The position numbers were made by a program, and so were the translations under genes. Positions 48,507 through 57,696 of a DNA stretch of 64,000 bases are shown here, piece by piece. Where the stretch lies: assembly GCA_044221725.1 (NCBI GenBank), contig JBGAON010000002.1:224001-288000 (forward strand), given 5' to 3'. The notes under the pieces were generated by a model, which saw only the letters and a list, made by a program, of their open reading frames with translations, was not told the DNA's origin and did no database searches. This DNA is from Elusimicrobiota bacterium (GTDB taxonomy: Bacteria > Elusimicrobiota > Elusimicrobia > F11). Numbering within the stretch: the stretch's first letter is position 1; each line of letters begins with the position of its first letter.

Positions 48507-49916
48507 ATGCTGTTTAATTCGTTTCGTTTCCTCATCTTCTTCCCGGTTGTCACCGCCGTTTATTTCCTGCTTCCGTTCCGCGCGCGTTGGTTTTGGTTAT
48601 TGGCCGCCAGTTGTTACTTCTACATGTGTTTTATTCCCGTTTATATTCTCATTTTGTTTTTCACGATCACGGTCGATTATGTGGCCGCTCGTGCGATGGA
48701 GCGAACGTCGGGTGGGACGCGTCGCTCGATTTTATTGGCAAGCATCGTGGCGAACGTTGGCGTGCTGGCCGTTTTTAAATATTTCAATTTCTTGAACGCG
48801 AATTTTTCGCAGTTGGCCCATCTCATCGCGTGGAATTATCCGATACCGATGCTGAAGATTATTTTGCCGATTGGACTTTCTTTCCACACATTCCAGTCGC
48901 TCAGTTACACGATCGAGGTTTATCGCGGAAACCAAAAAGCCGAACACCATTTCGGTATTTTCGCGTTGTACGTCATGTTTTATCCGCAGCTCGTGGCAGG
49001 TCCCATCGAACGACCGCAAAACCTTTTGCATCAATTTTATGAGGAACATCGTTTTAACTATGAGCGATTTCGCAGCGGCATTGTTCTGATGGCCTGGGGA
49101 CTTTTTAAAAAAGTCGTCGTTGCGGATCGCGTTTCCACATTGGTCGACCAAGTCTACAACCATCCGAGTCAGTTTCAGGGAGTGGCACTTCTGGCGGCAA
49201 CGTTCTTTTTTGCGGTTCAAATCTACTGCGATTTCTCAGGATATTCGGACATCGCACGCGGATGCGCGCAAGTGATGGGATTTCGGCTCATGGAAAACTT
49301 TCGGTCGCCGTATTTTTCTGAATCGATCGCCGAGTTTTGGAAGCGTTGGCATATTTCGCTCTCCACGTGGTTTCGAGACTATGTGTATATCCCGCTTGGT
49401 GGGCGTCACGTCACAAAGAGCCGATGGGTTTTCAATTTGCTGCTCACGTTCATGCTGAGCGGGCTTTGGCATGGCGCGAACTGGACGTTCGTCTGCTGGG
49501 GACTGCTGCATGGGTGTTTTGTCGGACTGTATTACGTGAAAGGAGATCGGTTTCATCTCTGGCGCCCGCTGCGCGCGCTCGCAACGTTTGCGGTGGTGTG
49601 CGTCTCGTGGGTTTTCTTCCGCGCGAGCAATGTGTCCGACGCGCTTTATATTTTGAGGCACCAGTTTTCCAATCTTCTCGCGCCGATGGGCAACGCAATT
49701 GCAAATCTCGGGCTGCTTCGTGTTGATTGGATTGTCGTGGCTGTTACCATTCCGGTGCTTTTCGGAATTGAAAAATGGTCGGAAAAACAGGATTGGCGCG
49801 AGATATTGCTTCGTCAAAATGCGGTGCTTCGATGGACGGCGTATGCGGCTCTTGTTTTTGTGATTGTGGTGTTCGGCGTCTTTCGAGAAGCGCAGTTTAT
49901 TTATTTTCAGTTTTAG
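48507..49916 (+). CDS. MBOAT O-acyltransferase (AlgI/PatA-like)
   Basis: MLFNS, LPIGLSF, FYPQLVAGPIER, YCDFSGY, FWKRWHISLS, GLWHG, C-terminal FIYFQF. Confidence 0.93.
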   Translation: MLFNSFRFLIFFPVVTAVYFLLPFRARWFWLLAASCYFYMCFIPVYILILFFTITVDYVAARAMERTSGGTRRSILLASIVANVGVLAVFKYFNFLNANFSQLAHLIAWNYPIPMLKIILPIGLSFHTFQSLSYTIEVYRGNQKAEHHFGIFALYVMFYPQLVAGPIERPQNLLHQFYEEHRFNYERFRSGIVLMAWGLFKKVVVADRVSTLVDQVYNHPSQFQGVALLAATFFFAVQIYCDFSGYSDIARGCAQVMGFRLMENFRSPYFSESIAEFWKRWHISLSTWFRDYVYIPLGGRHVTKSRWVFNLLLTFMLSGLWHGANWTFVCWGLLHGCFVGLYYVKGDRFHLWRPLRALATFAVVCVSWVFFRASNVSDALYILRHQFSNLLAPMGNAIANLGLLRVDWIVVAVTIPVLFGIEKWSEKQDWREILLRQNAVLRWTAYAALVFVIVVFGVFREAQFIYFQF

Positions 49917-49918
49917 CT

Positions 49919-51049
49919 ATGCAAATGAAGACGATCCCGAAACTCGCCATTAAGTTTTTAATGCTCGCGGCGCTTGTTTTTTGCGCGATGGAAGTGCGTC
50001 TCGAAATGTTTTCGCCTTCGCCGTTCATCGCGAAAGGCGGGAAAATTGTTTTGCCGGCAAACAAAGAATACGTGTTTGTCAACAAAAACGCCGTGCGACT
50101 GGATCCGGTCGTGCACGTGAGAAAAAATTCGCTGGGTTTCCGTGGAGTGGAGCCACCTGCAAATTTCTCGGATCATTACTCTGTCATCATCGTGGGCGGG
50201 AGCTCGGCCGCGTGCGACAACTTAAGCGAGGGAAAAACATGGGAGGATCGCCTTGCAGAGAAGCTTCGTGCGGCCGTCGCAAATCTTTGGCTCAACAACG
50301 CGGGTTTTGCCGGGCATTCGTCCATCGCGAATATTCTTTTAATGGAAGACTATGTCGTGAAACTCAAGCCCAAGATGGTGATTTTCTTTGTGGGTATTAA
50401 TGACATTAATATCGAAGGGCAGAGCCAATTTGATAATTCCATCGTGCAGGGGCGCTTCCAGTTTAATTCGGCGATTGATTTTTTGCGCTCCGTCAGCCGA
50501 AACATTGAAACGATTAATTTGCTCGTGAACCTCGCGCAGCGGACTCTCGGCGTGAAGCGTTCAATGGCCTACGGCGAATACGATTTGCGAACAATTCCAC
50601 GCATGGATTTACCGGAAAATATTGTTCGTGACCGCTTGAAAAAGCAGCAAGAAAGCCTGTTGCCAGCGTTCGATGGGCGAATTCATCAATTGCTAAAGCT
50701 CTGTCGCGACAATAACATCATGCCGGTGTACGTGACGGTTCCCGCGTTGTTTGGCGACGCGGTTGATGATGTAACAGGTGTGAATTTGGGCACCATGGCG
50801 GTGTCCGACAACGAAAACGGACATCTTAAAGGGGCGTTGCTCGAAATGTACAACCAGCGTATTCTTGATTTACGGACCGAACATGTCATCGTGATCGACT
50901 TGGCTCACGAACTCCCGAAGAGCAGTCGTTATTTTTCAGATTTTTATCACTTTACAAACGAAGGCGCCGCGCTTGTTGCGGACCTGATTCATAAGGACCT
51001 TATGCCCGTCATCCAAAATAATTTGGCGCAAAGCCCCGAGCAACAATGA
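49919..51049 (+). CDS. SGNH/GDSL-family protein, probable extracytoplasmic O-acyltransferase partner
   Basis: N-terminal TM, NSLGFRG, GGSS, NAG, GIND, DFYH. Confidence 0.82.
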   Translation: MQMKTIPKLAIKFLMLAALVFCAMEVRLEMFSPSPFIAKGGKIVLPANKEYVFVNKNAVRLDPVVHVRKNSLGFRGVEPPANFSDHYSVIIVGGSSAACDNLSEGKTWEDRLAEKLRAAVANLWLNNAGFAGHSSIANILLMEDYVVKLKPKMVIFFVGINDINIEGQSQFDNSIVQGRFQFNSAIDFLRSVSRNIETINLLVNLAQRTLGVKRSMAYGEYDLRTIPRMDLPENIVRDRLKKQQESLLPAFDGRIHQLLKLCRDNNIMPVYVTVPALFGDAVDDVTGVNLGTMAVSDNENGHLKGALLEMYNQRILDLRTEHVIVIDLAHELPKSSRYFSDFYHFTNEGAALVADLIHKDLMPVIQNNLAQSPEQQ

Positions 51050-52719
51050 AGTTATCCAAGCTACTAACGCGTTATCCGCTGTTGTTGCTGTTTGTGGTTG
51101 GGTTCTTTGTCCACGCGTACAAGATCGGAATGGACTTGCCGAACAATTACAACACGGACGAGCCGCACCATCTGAACGTGGCTGCGCATTTTGGGACGGG
51201 CGACTTGAATCCGCACGATTTCAAATATCCATCGCTGTGGAAGTACGCGCTGTTCGCGATGCTCGGGGCAATCTACGTAGCGGGTCTCTTAATGAGTCTC
51301 GTGGCGACGTCCGCGCAATTCGCGCAGCAATATCTTTATCATCCGGGCTTTTTCTTTTTGTGCGCGCGGTTGCTCAGTGCCGCGTTTCTCTGCCTGGTTC
51401 CGCTGGTTTTTTATGTGATCGGCACGCGTTTTTATAATCAGAAAATAGCGTGGAGTGCGGCATGTCTAGCGCTTCTGTCGAGCGCTCTTTCTAATTTTGG
51501 GATACAAGCGGTGCCTTACAGCCTTCTCGTGTTCTGCGCGGCCTGCGCGCTTGTTCCGCTGCACGAAATAATGAGCGGTGCGGGCCTTAAGTCTTACCTT
51601 TTGATGGGATTGTTTATCGGGCTTTCCATTTCTTCGCACTACGTGGCCGCTCCGTTTGTGAGTCTGCTGGCGGTAGCATTTTTTCAGCCGATTTCACTTC
51701 GAACGAAAATTCAATACATGTTGGCCGGATTCGCGATGGTTCTCGTTGGTTTCTTCTTGGGAACGCCGTACCTGTTGATCGATTTAAAAGGGGCGATGCC
51801 GACCTTTACCGAGCATTACGAGATTGAAGACGTGGGAATTTTTTCGAACGTGAGCCGCGAGAAATTTGCGGCGATGGCGCTTAATTTTTTCCAATTCTTG
51901 GATACCTGGGGCGTGGGTTTTGTTTTGATGGTGGTTGGAGCCTTTGCGGCAATTCGGAAGAATAAAAAGATGGCGGTTCTTTTTTTTCCGCTGGTCAGTG
52001 CTTGGCCCATATTGCTCATTTCTTTTTATGGGAATGTGATTCGCTACACGGTGCTTTTGTCTCTTCCATTAATTTTGCTGGCCTCGTTCGGTGTTGTGTA
52101 TGTGCTGGAGACGTTCGGACAGAGCGTCGTCAAGCGCAGCGTCATTATCTTAGCGTTCGTCGCCGTGTTGGCATCGGACTATTGCTTGAACCGTTATTAT
52201 CTGGCGCTGCCCGATTGCCGAACGCAGGCCAAGGAATGGATTCAAAAAAATGTGCCGAGCGGAGAAAAACTGTTTTTGCCGGGCTTCTATTACGGACCGC
52301 AATTGTTGATGGACAAAACGCAAACGGACCGTCTCGCGCAGCGCATGCGGGAGCTGAATCATCCGCGCGCCATTTATTTCGAAACGTTGTCGGCTGGTCA
52401 CCCGGGCGGTGGATACGAGCTTTTCTACATCAAGAAAACGATTGAGGAGATGCGCGATTTGCCAGGGCGAACGCAGCGTGCGTTTGAAGCGCAAGAGCTG
52501 CTCGATGTGGCGTCCGACGGTACGCGCGTGTTGCACGCGAATGGAATTCGGTGGGTTGTCGTACTCAAGAAGTGGTACGTGCAAGATCGGTACAAGAGTT
52601 GGTTGCAACAGCTGCGCACGGAAGCGCGCCTCGTCGCCACGTTTGACGCTGTGCCGAAAAGAATTAAGGGGGAGTCTGTTGATATCTATGAATTTGAAGC
52701 GGCGGCCCCACGTTCATGA
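51046..52719 (+). CDS. GT-C fold membrane glycosyltransferase (ArnT/PMT-like)
   Basis: NTDE...LNPHDFKYP loop, ARLLSA, GTPY, AKEWIQKNVP. Confidence 0.75.
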   Translation: MKLSKLLTRYPLLLLFVVGFFVHAYKIGMDLPNNYNTDEPHHLNVAAHFGTGDLNPHDFKYPSLWKYALFAMLGAIYVAGLLMSLVATSAQFAQQYLYHPGFFFLCARLLSAAFLCLVPLVFYVIGTRFYNQKIAWSAACLALLSSALSNFGIQAVPYSLLVFCAACALVPLHEIMSGAGLKSYLLMGLFIGLSISSHYVAAPFVSLLAVAFFQPISLRTKIQYMLAGFAMVLVGFFLGTPYLLIDLKGAMPTFTEHYEIEDVGIFSNVSREKFAAMALNFFQFLDTWGVGFVLMVVGAFAAIRKNKKMAVLFFPLVSAWPILLISFYGNVIRYTVLLSLPLILLASFGVVYVLETFGQSVVKRSVIILAFVAVLASDYCLNRYYLALPDCRTQAKEWIQKNVPSGEKLFLPGFYYGPQLLMDKTQTDRLAQRMRELNHPRAIYFETLSAGHPGGGYELFYIKKTIEEMRDLPGRTQRAFEAQELLDVASDGTRVLHANGIRWVVVLKKWYVQDRYKSWLQQLRTEARLVATFDAVPKRIKGESVDIYEFEAAAPRS

Positions 52720-54125
52720 CCGCACAAATTTTTGTTTTGCACCGTAAAAATGTTGATCGCGGCGATGCGAATGTCTATTTGTTAATCGCGGATCGCCCCG
52801 ATTCAAACGATCGAGAGATAACAGAATCTTTTCTCAAAAATGCGCCGACCCCCAACGCCCACGTATTGAAAAACAAGTCGCCGCAAGGTGTCGGTGGAAA
52901 TCAGAAAATCGTTTTCCGGTACGCAGTCGAAAACGGGTTTCAATCGGTCGCTGTGCTGCAAGGCTGCAACGTTGCTTTGTTAAACCAATTGCCGGAAATG
53001 TTCCGCACGTTTGATAGCGAAGACAACGATGCGCTGTTGGCGGTGAACGAATATCGCTCGGTCGTGGACAAAATTGCCGGAGGTATTCATAACAAGTTGA
53101 CCGGCGCCGGCCTGAAAGGCTGGCGGTCCGCCGTGAGGATTTATAACACAGCCGCGCTTTCCAATATCGCCTATGTCTTAAATACGAACAGTGAGAATTT
53201 TGATACCGAGGTTCTGTTGCAGTTTGTTCACGCGCAACGTCCCATCAAAGAAGTTGCGTTGCCACGCAATACGTTTGGCGGTGGATCGTGCGGTGGTTCG
53301 CTCAAAGACGCGCTGAAATCCTCACTCAAGTTTTTCTTTCAGCGCTTTCACTTGTTTTACGACGTGCGGTTCCACGCGTCGATTCTCTCCGACGCGCACC
53401 TGACGCGTGAGCAACACGAGGCGCCCGTTTACGAAAGCAAAATGTCATCGGTGAGTCCGCATTCGCTCGTGTGCGAATCCGAGAACATTGTTCCCAAAGA
53501 GAGTCGCGTCCTTGATATCGGTTGTTCGAAAGGATACGTCGCGACCTATTTGAGCAAGCGCAAGGGATGTCGGGTGGTTGGTATCGATGTTTTGCCGAGA
53601 TCGGAAGTGTCCCCGGATGGTTTTCGGTACGAGCAAATAAATCTTGAGACGGAGCTGGGCAAGCTTAACGATGTTCTTATTCGGGACGAGTTCGATACCA
53701 TTCTTATGTTGGATGTGCTCGAGCATTTGGCCGTGCCCGAGAGCTTTCTGCTCAATTTATCGCAACACAAATTTCCGACGTCCCCTCGATTTGTGTGCAG
53801 CACCGCGAATGTTGCTTTTATCGTGATTCGAATCATGCTCCTGCTCGGGCACTTCAACTACGGTCGCCGAGGGATTCTTGATATTACGCACAAACGGCTT
53901 TTCTCGGCGCACACGTTCCGAAACATTTTGACCCAAACGGGTTTTGTGATCACGCACGAGCACTATATTCCGTTCCCGTTTGCGTCGTTGGGGTGGCCGG
54001 CGTCTGTCGCCAAGAAGCTCGAGACGATCAATCGCTGGCTCATTAAGCTGCGACCGCGTCTGTTTTCTTATCAGATCCTGTTCGAGGCGACTCCATTGTC
54101 CGCGCCAGATTTGGTATTGAAATGA
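52716..54125 (+). CDS. Fusion of a degenerate GT2 domain and class I SAM methyltransferase
   Basis: GVGGNQK and FDTEVLLQ GT2 remnants; VLDIGCSKG, LDVLEHL, GILDITH. Confidence 0.78.
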   Translation: MTAQIFVLHRKNVDRGDANVYLLIADRPDSNDREITESFLKNAPTPNAHVLKNKSPQGVGGNQKIVFRYAVENGFQSVAVLQGCNVALLNQLPEMFRTFDSEDNDALLAVNEYRSVVDKIAGGIHNKLTGAGLKGWRSAVRIYNTAALSNIAYVLNTNSENFDTEVLLQFVHAQRPIKEVALPRNTFGGGSCGGSLKDALKSSLKFFFQRFHLFYDVRFHASILSDAHLTREQHEAPVYESKMSSVSPHSLVCESENIVPKESRVLDIGCSKGYVATYLSKRKGCRVVGIDVLPRSEVSPDGFRYEQINLETELGKLNDVLIRDEFDTILMLDVLEHLAVPESFLLNLSQHKFPTSPRFVCSTANVAFIVIRIMLLLGHFNYGRRGILDITHKRLFSAHTFRNILTQTGFVITHEHYIPFPFASLGWPASVAKKLETINRWLIKLRPRLFSYQILFEATPLSAPDLVLK

Positions 54126-54153
54126 TCCACTTTTACAAACGTTAGGAGAAACG

Positions 54154-54705
54154 ATGGACGAGCAGAATTGGCTCTCAACATACTTTGAGCAGTACAAGAA
54201 GACGATTATTGCGCCCGGTGTGTACAAAGATCTTGTTGAGCTTAAAAATTGGATCGAGAAAGCGAACCAGGCTGGCAAAAAGACGATTTTTGTCGGCAAT
54301 GGCGGCAGCGCCGCCATGTCGAGCCATGCGGCGGTCGATTTCACGAAGACGGCCGGCATTCGAGCCGTCAATTTCAACGAAGCTGACTTGATCACGTGTT
54401 TCGCAAACGATTACGGCTATGAAAATTGGGTGGCGCGAGCGCTTGAATTTTATGCGGACCCGGGCGACGTCGTCGTGCTGATCAGCTCAAGCGGAAAATC
54501 ACCGAACATGGTGAATGGCGCAACGTACGCGAAGTCAAAAAATCTTTCGCTAGCGACGTTTACCGGTTTTTCAAATTCGAATCCGCTGCGCGCGCTCGGA
54601 GGCTTAAACTTTTGGGTCGACAGCACCGCGTACAACGTTGTCGAAAACACCCATCTTGTATGGATTCTCGCGGTCTGCGATCTCGTGATCGCCACAAAGA
54701 AATGA
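54154..54705 (+). CDS. Second SIS-domain phosphosugar isomerase (GmhA-like)
   Basis: GNGGSAA, ANDYG, SSSGKSPN, VENTH; AGGAG RBS. Confidence 0.85.
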   Translation: MDEQNWLSTYFEQYKKTIIAPGVYKDLVELKNWIEKANQAGKKTIFVGNGGSAAMSSHAAVDFTKTAGIRAVNFNEADLITCFANDYGYENWVARALEFYADPGDVVVLISSSGKSPNMVNGATYAKSKNLSLATFTGFSNSNPLRALGGLNFWVDSTAYNVVENTHLVWILAVCDLVIATKK

Positions 54706-55901
54706 AGCGCTTCGATTGCATTGTTGTTGGAGCCGGCGTGATCGGTTCCGCGGTCGCGCGGTCGCTGCTGTTGCGCAAGAAAGCGAAATCCGTGGCTGTG
54801 ATCGAAAAAGAAAACGAGCCCGCGCAACACACGAGCGGACGCAACAGCGGCGTCGTGCACGCCGGGTTTAATCTGAAACCAGGAAGCCTCAAGGCCAAGT
54901 TCTGCGTTGAAGGCAACGTGCGCATGAAAGAATTCTGTACGAAGAAAAACGTGCCGCTCGAGCCCGTGGGCACGCTGGTTGTGGCATTGAAAGACGAAGA
55001 GAAATCCGTGCTCGAGGAGATCCATCGCCGTGGCGTCGCGAACGGAGTGCCGGGTGTCGAACTCATCGATGCAAAGCGGTTGCAACAATTGGAACCAAAC
55101 GCGATCGGTGTTGCTGCGCTTCACGCCCCGTCGGGAGCCATCACGAGTGGAAAATACGTGACGCAAGCGCTCGTCGAGGATGCCAAGCAAATGGGGGCTC
55201 AATTTTTCTTTGGTGAGCGTGTGCGCGCAATCGAAGAAGTGGGGCCCGATTATCGGGTGTTGGCCGGTTCCGATGCCTACGTCGCGCCGAAACTCTTCAA
55301 TTGCGCCGGCTTGTACGCGGACAATGTCGCGCACAAAATGGACGTTGGCCTTTCGTATACGATCGTGCCCTTCCGCGGCGAATACTTTAAGCTAACGTCC
55401 GAAAAAAAGAATCTCGTACGCTCCATGATTTACCCGGTGCCGGATTTGAACTATCCGTTCCTGGGCGTGCACTGGACAAAAATGATTTCCGGCGACCTCA
55501 TGATTGGCCCCAGCGCCACAATGGCGTTCGGGCGCGAATCGTACAAGCCGACCTCGATTGGGTGGGGGGACACGCTGAAAATGTTTTCCACGGCAAATTT
55601 CTGGAAAATGTTTGCGTCAAAAGATTTCCGACGGATGGCACGTCAGCAAATGGCGATGTCGTTCAATCGCGCGATGTTCATCGGCGAAGCACAAAAACTT
55701 GTGCGCGGAGCCGAGGTAAAGGATTTCTTGCCCGGCAAAAACGGAAACCGATCGCAGGTTATCGACCGAAACGGCAAGCTTGTCGATGATATTCTCATCG
55801 AAAAGAAAGGCGGCTCTCTCCATGTGTTGAACGCCGTGTCGCCCGGTTTCACATGCTCGCTGCCGTTTGCTGATCATCTTGTGGATTCGCTGTTGAACTG
55901 A
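54702..55901 (+). CDS. lhgO: L-2-hydroxyglutarate oxidase-family FAD oxidoreductase
   Basis: VGAGVIG, HTSGRNSGVVHAG, NCAGLYAD, PFRGEY, IYPVPD, FLGVH, NAVSPG. Confidence 0.85.
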   Translation: MKRFDCIVVGAGVIGSAVARSLLLRKKAKSVAVIEKENEPAQHTSGRNSGVVHAGFNLKPGSLKAKFCVEGNVRMKEFCTKKNVPLEPVGTLVVALKDEEKSVLEEIHRRGVANGVPGVELIDAKRLQQLEPNAIGVAALHAPSGAITSGKYVTQALVEDAKQMGAQFFFGERVRAIEEVGPDYRVLAGSDAYVAPKLFNCAGLYADNVAHKMDVGLSYTIVPFRGEYFKLTSEKKNLVRSMIYPVPDLNYPFLGVHWTKMISGDLMIGPSATMAFGRESYKPTSIGWGDTLKMFSTANFWKMFASKDFRRMARQQMAMSFNRAMFIGEAQKLVRGAEVKDFLPGKNGNRSQVIDRNGKLVDDILIEKKGGSLHVLNAVSPGFTCSLPFADHLVDSLLN

Positions 55902-56608
55902 TGAACGCGCTGACGCGACTTTCGATTGTTGTTCCGGTCTATAACGAAGTCGCGTTGGTGCCTGGCACGATTGCCCGTCTAAAGCAATTATCAATTCCCA
56001 AAGAGATCATTGTTGTCGATGACGGATCCACCGACGGTACGCGGGAATTTCTTGAGAATCTTCACTCGCAGGAAAAAGAAATCAAATTCCTGTTCCACGA
56101 AAAAAATCAAGGCAAAGGCGCCGCGCTTCGTACCGGTATTCGGGCAGCGACCGGTGATATTATTGGGATCCAGGACGCCGATCTTGAATACGATCCGAAA
56201 GAATTTTCAAGGCTCATTGAGCCCATCGTGTCGGGCGATGCGGACGTTGTGTACGGGTCTCGATTTAAAGGCGAGCGGGTGCGCGTGCTGTTGTTCTGGC
56301 ATTACGTCGGTAACAAATTCCTTACGCTGCTGTCGAACATGTGCACAAATTTGAACCTCACCGACATGGAAACCGGTTACAAAGTGTTTCGCGCGGACAT
56401 GTTAAAGAGCATTCCCATCCGGTCAAACCGCTTTGGTTTTGAGCCGGAAATTACCGCCAAAGTCTCAAAGCGCAAATGCCGCGTCTACGAAATTCCAATC
56501 TCCTACCGGGGACGCACCTATGCCGAGGGAAAAAAAATTAGCTGGAAAGACGGTTTGGCCGCGATTTTTACGATTCTTCGGTTCTGTTTGATCGACGATT
56601 CCAAGTAG
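55901..56608 (+). CDS. GT2, DPM-synthase-like
   Basis: VPVYNE, DDGSTD, QDADLEYDP, TDMETGYK, GRTYAEGKKI. Confidence 0.92.
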   Translation: MNALTRLSIVVPVYNEVALVPGTIARLKQLSIPKEIIVVDDGSTDGTREFLENLHSQEKEIKFLFHEKNQGKGAALRTGIRAATGDIIGIQDADLEYDPKEFSRLIEPIVSGDADVVYGSRFKGERVRVLLFWHYVGNKFLTLLSNMCTNLNLTDMETGYKVFRADMLKSIPIRSNRFGFEPEITAKVSKRKCRVYEIPISYRGRTYAEGKKISWKDGLAAIFTILRFCLIDDSK

Positions 56609-56715
56609 TTTGCGTTTCTTTTTCGTTTTTGCGTGTTTTTTCTCCTTCCTTTAATTGATATTCGCAATTCAAAAATGGTAAACCTTTCGTCAGAAATCAA
56701 TTTGGAGGCCCTACC

Positions 56716-57681
56716 ACGCGAATTTTAATTACGGGCGGCGCGGGATTCCTCGGCAGTCATCTCTGCGAACATTTCTTGAGCAAAGGGAACGACGTGATTG
56801 CCATGGATAACTTGCTCACCGGTCGTCTCGATAACATCGAACATCTGTTTGCCAACGAGCATTTCACGTTCGTTAAACAAGACGTATCCAATTACATTCA
56901 CGTTCCCGGAAAGTTGGACGTTGTCCTCCATTTCGCCAGTCCCGCCAGTCCCATCGATTACGCCGAACATCCGATTCCAACATTAAAAGTGGGCGCGCTC
57001 GGCACGCACAAAACCCTCGGTTTGGCCAAAGACAAAAAGGCCATCTTTATGCTGGCCTCCACCTCGGAAGTTTATGGCGATCCGGAAGTGAATCCGCAAC
57101 CCGAAACCTATTGGGGCCATGTGAACACGGTGGGGCCGCGCGGCGTTTATGACGAAGCAAAACGATTTGCCGAAGCAATGACGATGGCGTATCACCGCTA
57201 TCACAATGTGTCGGTGCGGTTGCTGCGAATTTTTAATACGTATGGGGAACGCATGCGGCTTCGTGATGGTCGTGCGGTTCCAAACTTCATCACGCAAGCG
57301 CTCAAAGGGGAGCCGTTGACCGTTTACGGAGACGGTTCACAAACCCGGAGTCTGTGTTACGTGAGCGATTTGGTGGACGGTATTGACCGCCTTTTGAATT
57401 CCAATGTGCAAACGCCCGTGAACATTGGAAACCCCCACGAGATGACCGTAAAAGAAATCGCCGAATGGGTTCGGCGCCTCACCAACACAAAATCCGAAAT
57501 TGTTTATCAGCCTCTTCCGGTCGACGATCCGAAGCAGCGCCGCCCTGATATCCGCGTCGCGAAACAGTTGCTTGGTTGGGAACCGCGCGTTCCGGTCGAA
57601 CAGGGATTAAAAAATACCATCGCTTACTTCAAAAAAGCGCTGGGCGTGTCCGACGCGTCGGCGCCTCTCGTCAACGTTTAA
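56716..57681 (+). CDS. UDP-glucuronic acid decarboxylase (UDP-xylose synthase) family; apparent start codon is ACG
   Basis: (T/M)[15 protein letters not shown] from 56716, [40 protein letters not shown] at 56704-56708. Confidence 0.88.
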   Translation, partial: TRILITGGAGFLGSHLCEHFLSKGNDVIAMDNLLTGRLDNIEHLFANEHFTFVKQDVSNYIHVPGKLDVVLHFASPASPIDYAEHPIPTLKVGALGTHKTLGLAKDKKAIFMLASTSEVYGDPEVNPQPETYWGHVNTVGPRGVYDEAKRFAEAMTMAYHRYHNVSVRLLRIFNTYGERMRLRDGRAVPNFITQALKGEPLTVYGDGSQTRSLCYVSDLVDGIDRLLNSNVQTPVNIGNPHEMTVKEIAEWVRRLTNTKSEIVYQPLPVDDPKQRRPDIRVAKQLLGWEPRVPVEQGLKNTIAYFKKALGVSDASAPLVNV

Positions 57682-57696
57682 GGCGCACCGCGCTTT

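Noticed and set aside
51669..51676. GGCGGTAG ops-like element
   Set aside because: Lies inside a CDS, lacks the downstream TG and is not in a leader; expected by chance
56609..56690. T-rich tract as terminator, and TTGATA-18-TAAACC as promoter
   Set aside because: No GC hairpin precedes the T tract and the -10 match is weak; plausible regulatory region but not supportable
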